NCBI GenBank assembly: GCA_964016885.1
Contig: OZ024744.1
Span: 52,886,001 to 52,950,000, forward strand
Reading direction: 5' to 3'
Origin: Eledone cirrhosa
Lineage: Eukaryota
Length of the DNA: 64,000 nt
Of the stretch, positions 25,161-37,500 are shown piece after piece. The notes beneath the pieces were generated by a model. The model made no database searches and was not told where the DNA came from. It saw only the letters and a program-made list of their open reading frames with translations. Numbering within the stretch: position 1 is the stretch's first letter; each line of letters opens with the position of its first letter. The translations under genes were made by a program, and so were the position numbers.

Positions 25161-27661
25161 AGACTGCTTGTTTCGGGGGGACTTCAATGCACATCTGAGT
25201 AAGGAGGGCAGTGAAGATCATTGCTGGTACTTCCATAACAACACCAACCGAAATGGAAGACTACTGAGAGACACCCTGCTGGAGGCGAACTTGATAGCGA
25301 CCAACCTAAGGTTTAGGAAAAATCCGGGGAAGATGTGGATCTACATCTCAGATATGCACCTGTGCAAGTCCCAGATTGATTTCATTCTGGTGAAGATAAA
25401 GTGGCGGAATAGTGTTCTGAACACAGAACCATACAGCTATTTCAGTACACTGGGTAGTGACCACCGGCTTATTATGAGTAAGGTCCGGGTGAGCTTAAGA
25501 AAGAGCAAGGCTCAGCCCAGAGAGCAATCTATGACTGGGGAACTTTCAAGGAAGATGATAAGCTACAGGAGAGGTTCACAGTGGAAGTGAGGAACAGGTT
25601 CAGTGCTCTATATGGAGAGACAGAGGAGAGGGAGATTGAATGGACTGAGGAGAGTGTGACGAGGAGGTACGGGCACTTCACCAATGCAATGGCGGAAGCA
25701 AGTGAAACCGTGGTGCCGAGGAAAAAGAACAAAGGGAAGCACGTCAGCTCTGCAGACCCAAAAGTGTGTGCAGCCAGAGAACACCTGAAAGCTGCCAAGG
25801 ACCAATTCTATACTGATCCTACGGAGGAGAGGATGGAGACTGTGGAGGTGATGAGGGAAGAACTCTGTACCGCTTACACTGAGGCCGGAGAGGAGGCACT
25901 GATAGAGAAGATCAGAAGTGTGGAGAGAGTGGTTGACAGATCTGTATGTAAGGTGAGCTGGATGAGCATTAACGAGATCACAGGGAGGAAGAGAAGGTGT
26001 TCGAGTCAGATCCAGGGAACAGGGCCCGAGGATAGGAAGAGGAAATGGCTAGACCATTTTAGGACCCTACTAGGTGAGCCACCCTCCACAGCCCAGAGCA
26101 CTGGGGAGATCAGGCGGCTGTTTGAAGAACTGGATATTGAGACAGAGCCCTTCACCAGAGAGGAGCTTCAGAGAGCCAAGAAGCGGATCAAGGAGAGCAA
26201 GGCTCATGGAGAAGATGGAGTGGCATCAGAGGTGATGAAGAGGTGTGATTTTGATGATATCATCCTGGGGTTCTGTAAGCAGGCACTGGAGAAAAGAGTT
26301 GCCCCGAATCAGTGGAGGATCAGTAACATCGTCCCAGTGCCAAAGAAGGGAGATCTCTCTAACACCAACAACTACAGGTGGATCTCACTGACGTCACTTG
26401 TGGGAAAGACCCTCAACAGGATGATTCTTATCAGGATCTAGCCTGAGATGGAGAAGAAGCTCAAGGACAACCAGAACGGCTTCAGAGAGGGAAGATCAAC
26501 CACCAGTCACATCCTGATGCTGAGGAGGATATTAGAGGGAGCTAGAGCAAAGTGCCATCCTGCGGTCATGGTTTTCATTGACTTTAGGAAAGCCTTTGAT
26601 TCTGTGGACCGTCACTGCCTGATGAAGATCTTACAGGCTTATAGAATCCCCAAGAAGATAGTGGACCTGATATCACTGCTCTACACCAACACCAAAGCCC
26701 AATTCATTACACCTGATGGGATGACAGAGTTCTTTGAGATACTGGCTGGAGTGCTTCAGGGAGATACATTGGTTCCCTATCTTTTTAACATCGTAGTGGA
26801 CTATTGTATGCGCCTTGCACTGGAGAAACACCAGGACTCTGGCTTTACTGTAGACCGGCTCAGAGCAGGAGAGTTAAGGCGAAAAAGATATCAGATGCTG
26901 AATTTGCCGACGACATAGTTTTGGTGACAAATACAGTGAAGGAGGCAGAGGATTTGATGCAGGAGGTTGAGACTGTATCGATGAGTGTGGGGCTGAGAAT
27001 GAATGAGACTGAAACAAAATATCTGGTAGAGAATGTTGAGAAGCCAGAGGGATCTCTAATGTAGGCGGGAAGCCGCTAGAATTGGTTGATGACTTCCTGT
27101 ATTTGGGAGCAAAGATTGGGAATACGGAAGATGATGTGGTTGAGAGCAAAGCCTGGGCGGCGTGCCACAGCTTGAGATCGGTGTGGAAGTCGGACCTTCG
27201 TAAAGACCTGAAAATCCGCCTCTTCATTGCTGTAGTGGGGTCTGTGTTGCTGTACGGGTCTGAGACTTGGACACTGACCAAGAAACTCACTCAGATGGTG
27301 GATGGGTGCTACAAGAGAATGCTGAGGATTGCGCTGAACATTAATCAGTATACTCTGAGGATGAAAAACTCAGAGCTGTATGGGAGCCTCCCAAAAGTCA
27401 GCTCAAAAGTGACACAGAGGAGATTGAGGTTAGCTGGACATGCTGACAGACATGCAGAGTTGACATTGCACTCAGTGCTCCTGTGGGAGCAGTGTGTCCT
27501 ACTTGGACACACTGGAAGAGGAAGACCAAGGTTAACGTATGTTGATGCCCTAAGGACAGACACTGGTCTGTTGAAGACGCAGGACATGGCAGCGATAATG
27601 AGGGACAGAGACCGCTAGAGAGAACTCGTCCATGGATCTCGGGAATTTTACCCGTCCTAGA
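25161..27661 (+). mobile_element. RTEX/RTE-group LINE, 5'-truncated within the AP endonuclease; pseudogenised APE-RT ORF
   Basis: GDFNAH, QIDFIL, SDH (APE); IVPVPKKGD, QNGFREGRST, FIDFRKAFDSV, GVLQGDTL.P, FADD, FLYLG, LLYGSETWTLT, RRLRLAGH (RT and downstream). Few frameshifts or stops; (TA)n on both flanks. Confidence 0.92.
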
Positions 27662-28269
27662 ATATATATATATATATATATATATAAATCTACATACATA
27701 TATACATACATACATTTACCTATGTATATAACTATGCATTTATGGATTTGTATAAATACATGCATTTATATTTAAGTGTGTAAGGATGTTGACATGATTT
27801 ATGTTTTTTCGGTAAGGTGAGAAATTTGACTCTAGATTTTATTACCTAGGGAGATTAAATACCACAGCTCTGGCTGAAAGCTGACCAGGTTCTCAACCTC
27901 ATCAAACAACACCGCCGGCCTGTGTGTGTGTATATGTGTGTATATGTGTGTGTATGTATGTATGTATGTATGTATGTATGTATGTATGTATGTATGTATG
28001 TATGTACGTATGCATGTGTGTGTATGATTGTATGTATGTATATGTATACACCCACACCTTTCATCATCATTGTTTCTTTTTCTTGTCGTTTCTGTTGTTT
28101 TTGTAACTGATGTCATAGTTGCTGTTGCCCTTATTTTCATTTTCTTTGATTTCTTTCGTTTTTCTTTTATCTCCCTAGGGAATTCGTTGACAAGCTTCTT
28201 TTATTTATTTTCTTCGTTTTCTTTATTCAAATGCATTCAGACTGGCTGTCTCAGAGACGTACAAATATG

Positions 28270-28398
28270 ACTTATAAATCTTACCAAAGTAAAGGGGGTC
28301 CAGCGCCTCCCAAAGATTTAAACGCCCACAAACGCCCCCTGCTCCCCTCCCCCCTCCTGGCGGGGGGGGGCATATGCCCCCTGTTGAGAACCTTTGGT
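28270..28398 (-). mobile_element. Possible hAT-type MITE terminus
   Basis: Ends gttgagaacctttg (CAG.GGTTCTCAAC-like TIR); similar termini at 22951 and 24174. Confidence 0.3.
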
Positions 28399-29483
28399 AT
28401 AGATGTTGAGACAGAGAGAAAGAGAGAGAGAGAGGGGGGAGGGAGGGAGGGAGGGAGAGAGAGACAAAGCAAGAAAAATGAAGGAAGACGAAGAAGTGAT
28501 CATTCTTTCTAACATAGCCTCAAAGTTAAACTTAGCGGCATTTGAAACAAGAAAATAATGGCCATAACGAAATACTGCCATCCATTTTATCCGACATACT
28601 AACGATTCTGCCGTATTACCACCCTCGAGGTAGAAGACATATTGGAAACAAAAGAGAAGAGAGAAAGTAACAATAGGAGTGCGTGAGGAAGAGTGAAGGG
28701 AATAGTGTCTGTACAGTAAGAGCAAGGGGAAGAAGAAAAAGAAGAAAAAAGGGGGAACATTTGGTTAACTTAATAAACTGATTACGATATTTAAAATTCT
28801 TGAAAATGAGATGTCTCTTCAATATTGTATAAAAATTGTTGAATAATATATGCAGGTTCACACATTAAAACTAGTAAATAGAATTTAGAATAATTTAAAA
28901 TATCTTAGAAATTTATAAGATAAACATTGCCGAGGAGTATGGAACATTGAAAAGATATAATTGTAAACAGAATGGTAAATAGTTATACATTGATATGAGA
29001 GAGGTAGAGGAGTATTAAAACAGAACTAGTAAAGGACGGGCGTTAAGATAATTATAGGCTTAAAATGGCTAAGGAAATAAAATGAAATAACTAAAGTCTT
29101 TAATGGCAATATAAACAGAATATAAATAATAGAAAAAGAAGGAAGTGACGGAAAGTAGAAAAGCTTTAGAATAACATATAAAATTGAATGTACTTATAGA
29201 TTGAATGTTAGACTGTCAGGTAATAGTAATAAGTCAGTTTGGGTTAGAATATATGAGTATTAGTTAGCAAGATTGAAAATATGAGGATGCCCAAGTGTAT
29301 ATATAGAGATATGTAGTCGCAAATTATACAGAATGTCATAATGGTACACGAGGCCTTTAACACCTAATGGAGTCATGGGGTAGCTGTCATTTTAACCTGG
29401 TGGAGTCTATCATTCTTTCGGTCAGACAGAGCAGCTTTTCTTCTTCTTCTTCTTCTTCTTCTTCAGAGAGAGAGATAGATATG

Positions 29484-29790
29484 TTTCTTTATTAGCCACA
29501 GGGACACAAAAGAAGGGGACAAATACAAAGGGGGAAGTTTACATACAATAAACGTGTAAAATATTATCACAAATGCAATTTAAAAAATTAGTCGATTTTC
29601 CCCAATAGGGGGAGACAGTTCATATGGGTAACACATACCCCCGAAACAAATGTGCAACCCTCATCTCCAGGAGTACGAAGAGTTTGTACTCCTTTCCTCT
29701 CTTCCTCTTTTTCCTCAACCTACAGGCTAATATAGAGAGAAGGCCCATTCACTCGGGCCATTCTCGCCACTTTCACCCACCTTTCATAAA
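29484..29790 (-). mobile_element. Probable 3' end of a 5'-truncated non-LTR retrotransposon (L1/Tx1-like)
   Basis: Short terminal frame ERWVKVARMARVNGPSLYISL*, then UTR and terminal AATAAA, bounded by (GATA)n and (GA)n repeats. Confidence 0.35.
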
Positions 29791-29854
29791 GATAGATAGA
29801 TAGATAGATAGATAGAGAGAGACAGATGTAGAAAGGTATAATAATGGAAGAATC

Positions 29855-29932
29855 GGTCTCGGTATTGAGCTGATTATTTATTGACTCTGAAGGAATGAAA
29901 ATACAAATTAACATCGGCGGGATTTGAACTCA
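29855..29932 (-). mobile_element. Octopus-type SINE fragment
   Basis: Reverse complement gagttcaaatcccgccgatgttaatttg...ttcattccttc. Confidence 0.55.
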
Positions 29933-30694
29933 CACAGATGAAAGATGAAGCCAATTACTACATAGTGTTATATCCGAAGCCACCTTTTATACAATGGACG
30001 AATTCATATTACAACAAAGAAAGTAAGTATATGTTCCTATATTCATTGTGTTCCAGAAGTTTATTTTTTATGAATTAGCAATAACATTTGGTATGACTAT
30101 TAAATGTTACATTATCGATTTCACGTGAGCTGCTAGACTTGCCGGAATGACCGCACACTTAGCTTGAGTTACTTACACCATTAATTTTACTGCGTATATC
30201 CGAGTGGAATGCTTCATGATAATTTCTAAATTGTATATCATTGTAAATTACAAGAGGTGGTCCTCAAACGTTTATAAGAACATGTACAGTAGTGGACATT
30301 TGTATATTTTAAAACAAAATTTGTTGTACTTATTAATATTAGTTTGATTTCGACATTCCTGTTTGTGTCATTTCATAAAACTATTCGATTTCTGTAGCAG
30401 ACATTTTAAATAACACTAACGAAATACGATCTCGCTGAAATTATATTTGTATTAATCTCCCGGGCCTAGAAATTAATTAGTTTATTCTATTAGACAATTC
30501 TATTGACTGATTAATTGCTTAAGTTTATTTAAAAACAACCCGGTCGAGAGCTTAATTCAATTTGTGGAGTTTTTTGCAATTCTTGCAATCATTTTACACA
30601 TTCTGAATCCATCCGCCAAAACCGGAGTTACTTCCCTTGCAGGGTAAGCACGTGGGATAATCACTCCAACACTACTATTGCATTGGAACCAGCT

Positions 30695-30810
30695 CTGGAC
30701 TTAAAAGCCTCCTAAGAGGCCGTGAGCGCACGTTTGGAGTTGGTGACGGTTGATGCGTGCATAGGGAGACGGCAATCATCTGCAAAGATGAAGCAATCAC
30801 CATATATATG
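30695..30810 (+). mobile_element. ~115-bp copy of the RTE 3' end, inverted relative to the adjacent long LINE
   Basis: Reverse complement of 30849-30965 with few mismatches. Confidence 0.9.
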
Positions 30811-30848
30811 TGTGTATATGTATGTATGTATGAATGTGTACACACACA

Positions 30849-33800
30849 TATATATATGGTGATTGCTTCATCTTTGCAGATGATTGCCGTCTTCCTATGC
30901 ACCCCATCAACCGTCACCAACTCCAAACGTCCGTTCACGGCCTCTTAGGAGGCTTTTAAGTCCAGCATTAAATTTGCACAGTCTGCAGCAAATGTGACAG
31001 GCAAAGATGTGCCCTCTATTGGATTGATTGGGTCAGTTTGTGGGGTGTCATCCTTAGGTACCCTAATATGTCTTTTTGCACACCACACATGTTGTCTCAC
31101 CTTGCTGCATATAGTTGGCTTTTTACGTGATTTTAATTGAGTGATGTACTCAGATTTAGTGAGCAGTAAATGACCACACACCTCACAAATCCAGCTCCCT
31201 ATGTTCTTATTGAGGTTTACACTGTGGTTTTTCCGAAGCTGACGTTTACGTTTTTCATGATCAAGAGGTCTATCTTCAAATATTCTGCAGCTTTCCCTCA
31301 CATGTCCCCTCCATTTACCCTCTTTAAAGCAAACACTTCCCAGTTATGAACTTCAAACCGTTGATCTTTAAGGTTGTTTTTTAGGGAATCCTTATTTTTT
31401 CTTGGTTTGTCCTGAAGGCGTTTTCCAGTGTGCAACTGACTGTAAAATATTTGTTTGGGGAGTATTTCCTCATCCATGCGCACAGCATGGCCTACCCAAC
31501 ACATTTGAGAGGATATGATGGTAGATTCAATGCTCGTACAACCACCATCTCTAAGGATTTGTTTGTCAGGTATTTTTTATGCCATTTGATGTTTAGGATT
31601 CGTCTTAAACACTTTCGATTAAAGCATTCAAGCAAATTAAGGTGTCCACGTTTCTGATCTTGATCTTGATATTGTCCACTAATCTTGGTCTTGATATTGA
31701 TTCCATGATCCGCCCACACTCTCTTTTCAAGTTTTCTGAAGGCTACAGAGGCCTTTTGAATGCGCAGGTGTATTTCTGCATCCAGTGAACCATCCCTTGA
31801 TAATGCACTACCCAGGTAAACGAAAGTGTCAACTACACCCAACCTAGTTTCATGCACCATCATATTTGGTGATGGGGTGAATATTACCTTGGTCTCTTTT
31901 AGATTCATTTTCATATCAAAGACATTACATGAACCTGCACATCTATGATGTGTTGCATGTCATCTTGAGAGTGAGCCAGAAATTAGACATCGCATACAGG
32001 AGTTCTCTAATATTTGGAACACCATGGACTTGAAATTGAACCTTCTTAGGTCAAAGATTCTTCCTGTAGTTCTAACTTGCAATAGAACACCCTTTGCACA
32101 GTCCTAGAATGCATGAGTCAGCATCACAGCAAACAATATTGGAAACAGTGTGGGAGCTGGGATATCTCCCTGCTTCACGCCATCATTAACTGGGATTTCA
32201 TTGGACAATTCTCCATTCAAGACAGCCCCAGCCTTCATATTTCTGTGCAGTCGGACGAAGATATCAATAAACTTGAGTGGGCACCCTATTTTCCCTAATA
32301 TTTTCCACAATGCACCTCTGTTCACCGTATCAAAGGTCTTTGTCAGATCAACAAAAACCTGATACAGAGAAGCCCACTGCTCAATACATTTCTCCTGAAT
32401 CTGGCTTGTAGAGAAGATCATATCAATCGTCCCTCTGCCAGATATAAAGCTACTTTGTGATTCAGGGATTACTGTAGGACAAATGTTCCAAATGTTCTCC
32501 ATCAATCTGTTCAACAATAATCTAGCAAAAACTTTATCCACAGACTCCAACAGAGTGATGCCATGGTAGTGATCACAAATTCTTTTATCCCCTTTACCTT
32601 TAAACAAGCTCACCAAGATACCATCTATCCAATCTTGTGGTATAGGAACTCCAGCCCAGCACTCTGTGATGAGATGGAGTATTGTTTGTGTTATGTTTTT
32701 ATCACCAACCTTTAACAATTCCACAGGGGTTCCATCTGATCCAGGTGCCTCAACTGTGTTTAACTGGTTGATAGCTATTTTAACCTCATTATAATCTGGT
32801 AATCGATCCACTGATGATGGATTATCAAATAAATCAGTGAAACGCTTAAGGATTTTCTCTGATTCCTTGATGATGGCAGTGTCATCTTTGGACTTTATTG
32901 GAACAATAGACGAAGTTGTTGGACCATATAGTGCACGGAAAATACTATAAAACAGGTTTGAATACTTTGCGCTATAAGCACTTTGAATATCTCCAGAGAT
33001 CTTCAACCACCATTTATTTTTTAAGCCTTCTCGGCTCTCGTTGTAAGGTGGCTTCATATTCTTTATATGTCTTTTTAATAGCAGTTAAATTCGTAGGACA
33101 CTCTCCCAAAACATTTTTATGAAGAACATGTTTTTTCTTTAACAGTTGGCTGATAACCAAATTATTATCATCAAACCTGTCTTTATGTTATTTTTTCGCC
33201 CTGAATCCAAGTTCTTATGCATAAAATTGACCCCTGAAGTCTATCCACGTTCCATCCAAGTCAATATTATTCAAAAGTTTTTTCAAAGCCTCATGTACCT
33301 CTAGCTGTTTTAACTTTCCAACATCAATACGCTTCAGTGTTTTGATCTCACATATGCGAGATTTTTTTCAGAATATGTAACTAAAACATCCTCCGAACCA
33401 TCTTAGGGTCTGTGTAGCATTCTGCACTACACACGACGAGCACATTACAGGCATCATTCAGGTCGCATTTCCGGGTTACTATCAAATCTATCATGTGGCC
33501 ATCTTTTGACGTTGGGTGTATCCAGGTAACTTTATGCTTCTTATGGCGGAAGAAGGTATTGCAAATGTCTAGGTTTAGTTCCCAACAGAGCTCAAGCAGC
33601 TTCAAACCATTGGCATTCATTTTACCGATGTCGTAATGGCCTAATGCATACCATGTCTCATGGTCTCTGCCAACTCGGGCATTGAAATCACCAAGAATGA
33701 TCACTTTTTCTTCGGCTGGAGTAGGTGCAATTGTAGCACGAAGAGATTCATAGTATGTCATAATACTTTCTTTACTGGCCTGAAGAGGTGGAGCTTAAAG

Positions 33801-34440
33801 TGACAGAATGGTTGTACATCGCACACATGCAAATGGAATGCGCAACTTCATTATACAGTCACTGCTTCTAGAGAGACAAATTAAATATTGTGCTAGAGTT
33901 TCTCGCACTTCAAAATCAATACCCACATTTCACCAGTCAGCTGATCACATTCTGAAAGGCGTGTTTCTGACTAGGCTGCAATATCTATATTTAATCTTTG
34001 GCGTTCATTTGTTATCCGTGATTTTCTTTTTTCTGGTGGGTCTAGTGAGTTTTGGTCTAGAGGTGTGCTGACATTCCAACAGCAAATATTGAGTTTAATT
34101 CGAATTTTCATAAATATTTAACTTTGTAATTTATTTTTTTTCCTGCTTGAATGAACCGCCGATAGCCGCAGTAAACTACACAACGTCGATGTGACAGGCA
34201 ATTTTCAAAATACTTTTTCTAGTTCCTTCCCAAGAATTTGGGTGAGGAGTGCTCCCCCTAATAGGGCTGCTCAGACACAGGCATCTCCACCAGAGTTAGC
34301 CCCTATCACGGAAAGACATAACGATGCTATGATAAGACCCCCGCCGCCTATATGTAGATTTTCAAATATATGCTTCCAACTGATCAGGTCTGCATACGCC
34401 ACCACTCTTCCATCACCAGAGGACTTTCAGCTGTAAAAAG
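30849..34440 (-). mobile_element. Near full-length RTE/BovB-like LINE (5' UTR, APE, RT, C-terminal Zn-finger-like motifs), inactivated
   Basis: CWNV and IDIAA.SETRL, LGDFNARVG, TWIHP.SK..H.IDL (APE); LFKGKGD...YHGITLL, GRGTIDMIF, FVDLTK.FDTV, GVKQG..AP.LF, FVYLGS, WVGH.VRM..LPKQIFY, ICEVCG; leader gagcagccctattagg...gagcactcctcaccca. Confidence 0.92.
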
Positions 34441-34546
34441 GACAGATGAGAAGATCACAAAAGAGACATCTGTACATCATTCGAATATAGTGGCAAACGC
34501 TTGTCTTACAGGAGTAATACTCTCTAAGTTTCAGTGATCATTGTCA

Positions 34547-37500
34547 AGTGACAAGCCTAAGCCATGTGATCAGTAATCATATCAACTACAAGACTACACC
34601 AGCACCTCTCTCTCAGTCTAGTGACAAGTGAAAGACATGTGACCAGTAAACACATCAACTACAAGACTACACCAGCACCTCTCTCTCAGTTTAGTGACAA
34701 GTGTAAGCCATGTAACCAGGAAACATATCAACTACAAGACTACACCAGCACCACTCTTTCAGTCTAGTGACAAGTGCAAGACATGTGACCAGTAAACATA
34801 TCAACTACAAGACTACACCAGCACCTCTCTCTCAGTCTAGTGACAAGTGTAAGCCATGTGACCAGTAAACATATCAACTACAAGACTACACCAACACCTC
34901 TCTCTCAGTCTAGTGACAAGTGTAAGACATGTGACCAGTAAACATATCAACTACAAGACTACACCAGCACCTCTCTCTCAGTCTAGTGACAAGTGTAAGC
35001 CATGTGACCAGTAAACATATCAACTACAAGACTACACCAGCACCTCTCTCTCAGTCTAGTGACAAGTGTAAGACATGTGACCTGTAAACATATCAACTAC
35101 AAGACTACACCAGCACCTCTCTCTCAGTCTAGTGACAAGTGTAAGCCATGTGACCAGTAAACATATCAACTACAAGACTACACCAGCACCACTCTCTCTC
35201 AGTCTAGTGACAAGTGTAAGCCATGTGACCAGTAAACATATCAACTACAAGACTACACCAGCACCTCTCTCTCAGTCTAGTGACAAGTGTAAGACATGTA
35301 ACCAGTAAACATATCAACTACAAGACTACACCAGCACCACTCTCTCAGTCTAGTGACAAGTGTAAGACATGTGACCAGTAAACATATCAACTACAATACT
35401 ACACCAGCACCTCTCTCTCAGTCTAGTGACAAGTGTAAGACATGTGACCAGTAAACATATCAACTACAAGACTACACCATCACCTCTCTCTCAGTCTAGT
35501 GACAAGTGTAAGACATGTGACCAGTAATTACATCAACTACAAGACTACACCAGCACCTCTCTCTAAGTCTAGTGACAAGTGTAAGCCATGTGACCAGTAA
35601 ACATATCAACTACAAGACTACACCAGCACCTCTCTCTCAGTCTAGTGACAAGTGTAAGACATGTGACCAGTAATTACATCAACTACAAGACTACACCAGC
35701 ACCACTCTCTCAGTCTAGTGACAAGTGTAAGACATGTGACCAGTAAACATATCAACTACAAGACTACACCAGCACCACCCTCTCAGTCTAGTGACAAGTG
35801 TAAGACATGTGACCAGTAAACATATCAACTACAAGACTACACCTTCACCTCTCTCTCAGTCTAGTGACAAGTGTAAGACATGTGACCAGTAAACATATCA
35901 ACTACAAGACTACACCATCACCTCTCTCTCAGTCTAGTGACAAGTGTAAGACATGTGACCAGTAAACATATCAACTACAAGACTACACCAGCACCTCTCT
36001 CTCAGTCTAGTGACAAGTGTAAGACATGTGACCAGTAAACATATCAACTACAAGACTACACCAGCACCTCTCCCTCAGTCTAGTGACAAGTGTAAGTCAT
36101 GTGACCAGTAAACATATCAACTACAAGACTACACCAGCACCACTCTCTCAGTCTAGTGACAAGTGTAAGTCGTGTGACCAATAAACATATCAACTACATG
36201 ACTACACCAGCACCTCTCTCTCAGTCTAGTGACAAGTGTAAGCCATGTGACCAGTAAACATATCAACTACAAGACTACACCAGCACCTCTCTCTCAGTCT
36301 AGTGACAAGTGTAAGACATGTGACCAGTAAACACATCAACTACAAGACTACACCAGCACCTCTCTCTCAGTCTAGTGACAAGTGTAAGCCATGTGACCAG
36401 TAAACATATCAACTACAAGACTACACCAGCACCTCTCTCTCATTCTAGTGACAAGTGTAAGGCATGTGACCAGTAAACATATCAACTACAAGACTACACC
36501 AGCACCTCTCTCTCAGTCTAGTGACAAGTGTAAGCCATGTGACCAGTAAACATATCAACTACATGACTACACCAGCACCTCTCTCTCAGTCTAGTGACAA
36601 GTGTAAGACAGGTGACCAGTAAACATATCAACTACAAGACTACACCAGCACCTCTCTCTCAGTATAGTGACAAGTGTAAGCCATGTGACCAGTAAACATA
36701 TCAACTACAAGACTACACCAGCACCTCTCTCTCAGTTTAGTGACAAGTGTAAACATATGACCAGTAAACATATAAACTACAAGTCTACACCAGCACCACT
36801 CTCTCAGTCTAGTGACAAGTGTAAGACATGTGACCAGTAAACATATCAACTACAAGACTACACCAGCACCTCTCTCTCAGTATAGTGACAAGTGTAAGCC
36901 ATGTGACCAGTAAACATATCAACTACAAGACTACACCAGCACCACTCTCTCAGTCTAGTGACAAGTGTAAACATATGACCAGTAAACATATAAACTACAA
37001 GTCTACACCAGCACCACTCTCTCAGTCTAGTGACAAGTGTAAGACATGTGACCAGTAAACACATCAACTAAAAGACTACACCAGCACCTCTCTCTCAGTC
37101 TAGTGACAAGTGTAAGGCATGTGACCAGTAAACATATCAACTACAAGACTACACCAGCACCTTTCTCTCAGTCTAGTGACAAGTGTAAGTCATGTGACCA
37201 GTAAACATATCAACTACAAGACTACACCAGCCCCTCTCTCTCAGTCTACAGACAAGTGTAAGTCATGTGACCAGTAAACATATCAACTACAAGACTACAC
37301 CAGCACCTCTCTCTCAGTCTAGTGACAAGTGTAAGTCATGTGACCAGTAAACATATCAACTACAAGACTACACTAGCACCTCTCTCTCAGTCTAGAGACA
37401 AGTGTAAGTCATGTAACCAGTAAACATATCAACTACAAGACTACACCAGCACCTCTGTCTCAGTCTAGTGACAAGTGTATGCCATGTGACCAGTAAACAT

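Noticed and set aside
34150-34540. HDV-like ribozyme in the RTE 5' UTR (GGCTAAC motif)
   Set aside because: Could not find the matching P1, P2 and P3 pairings upstream on that strand
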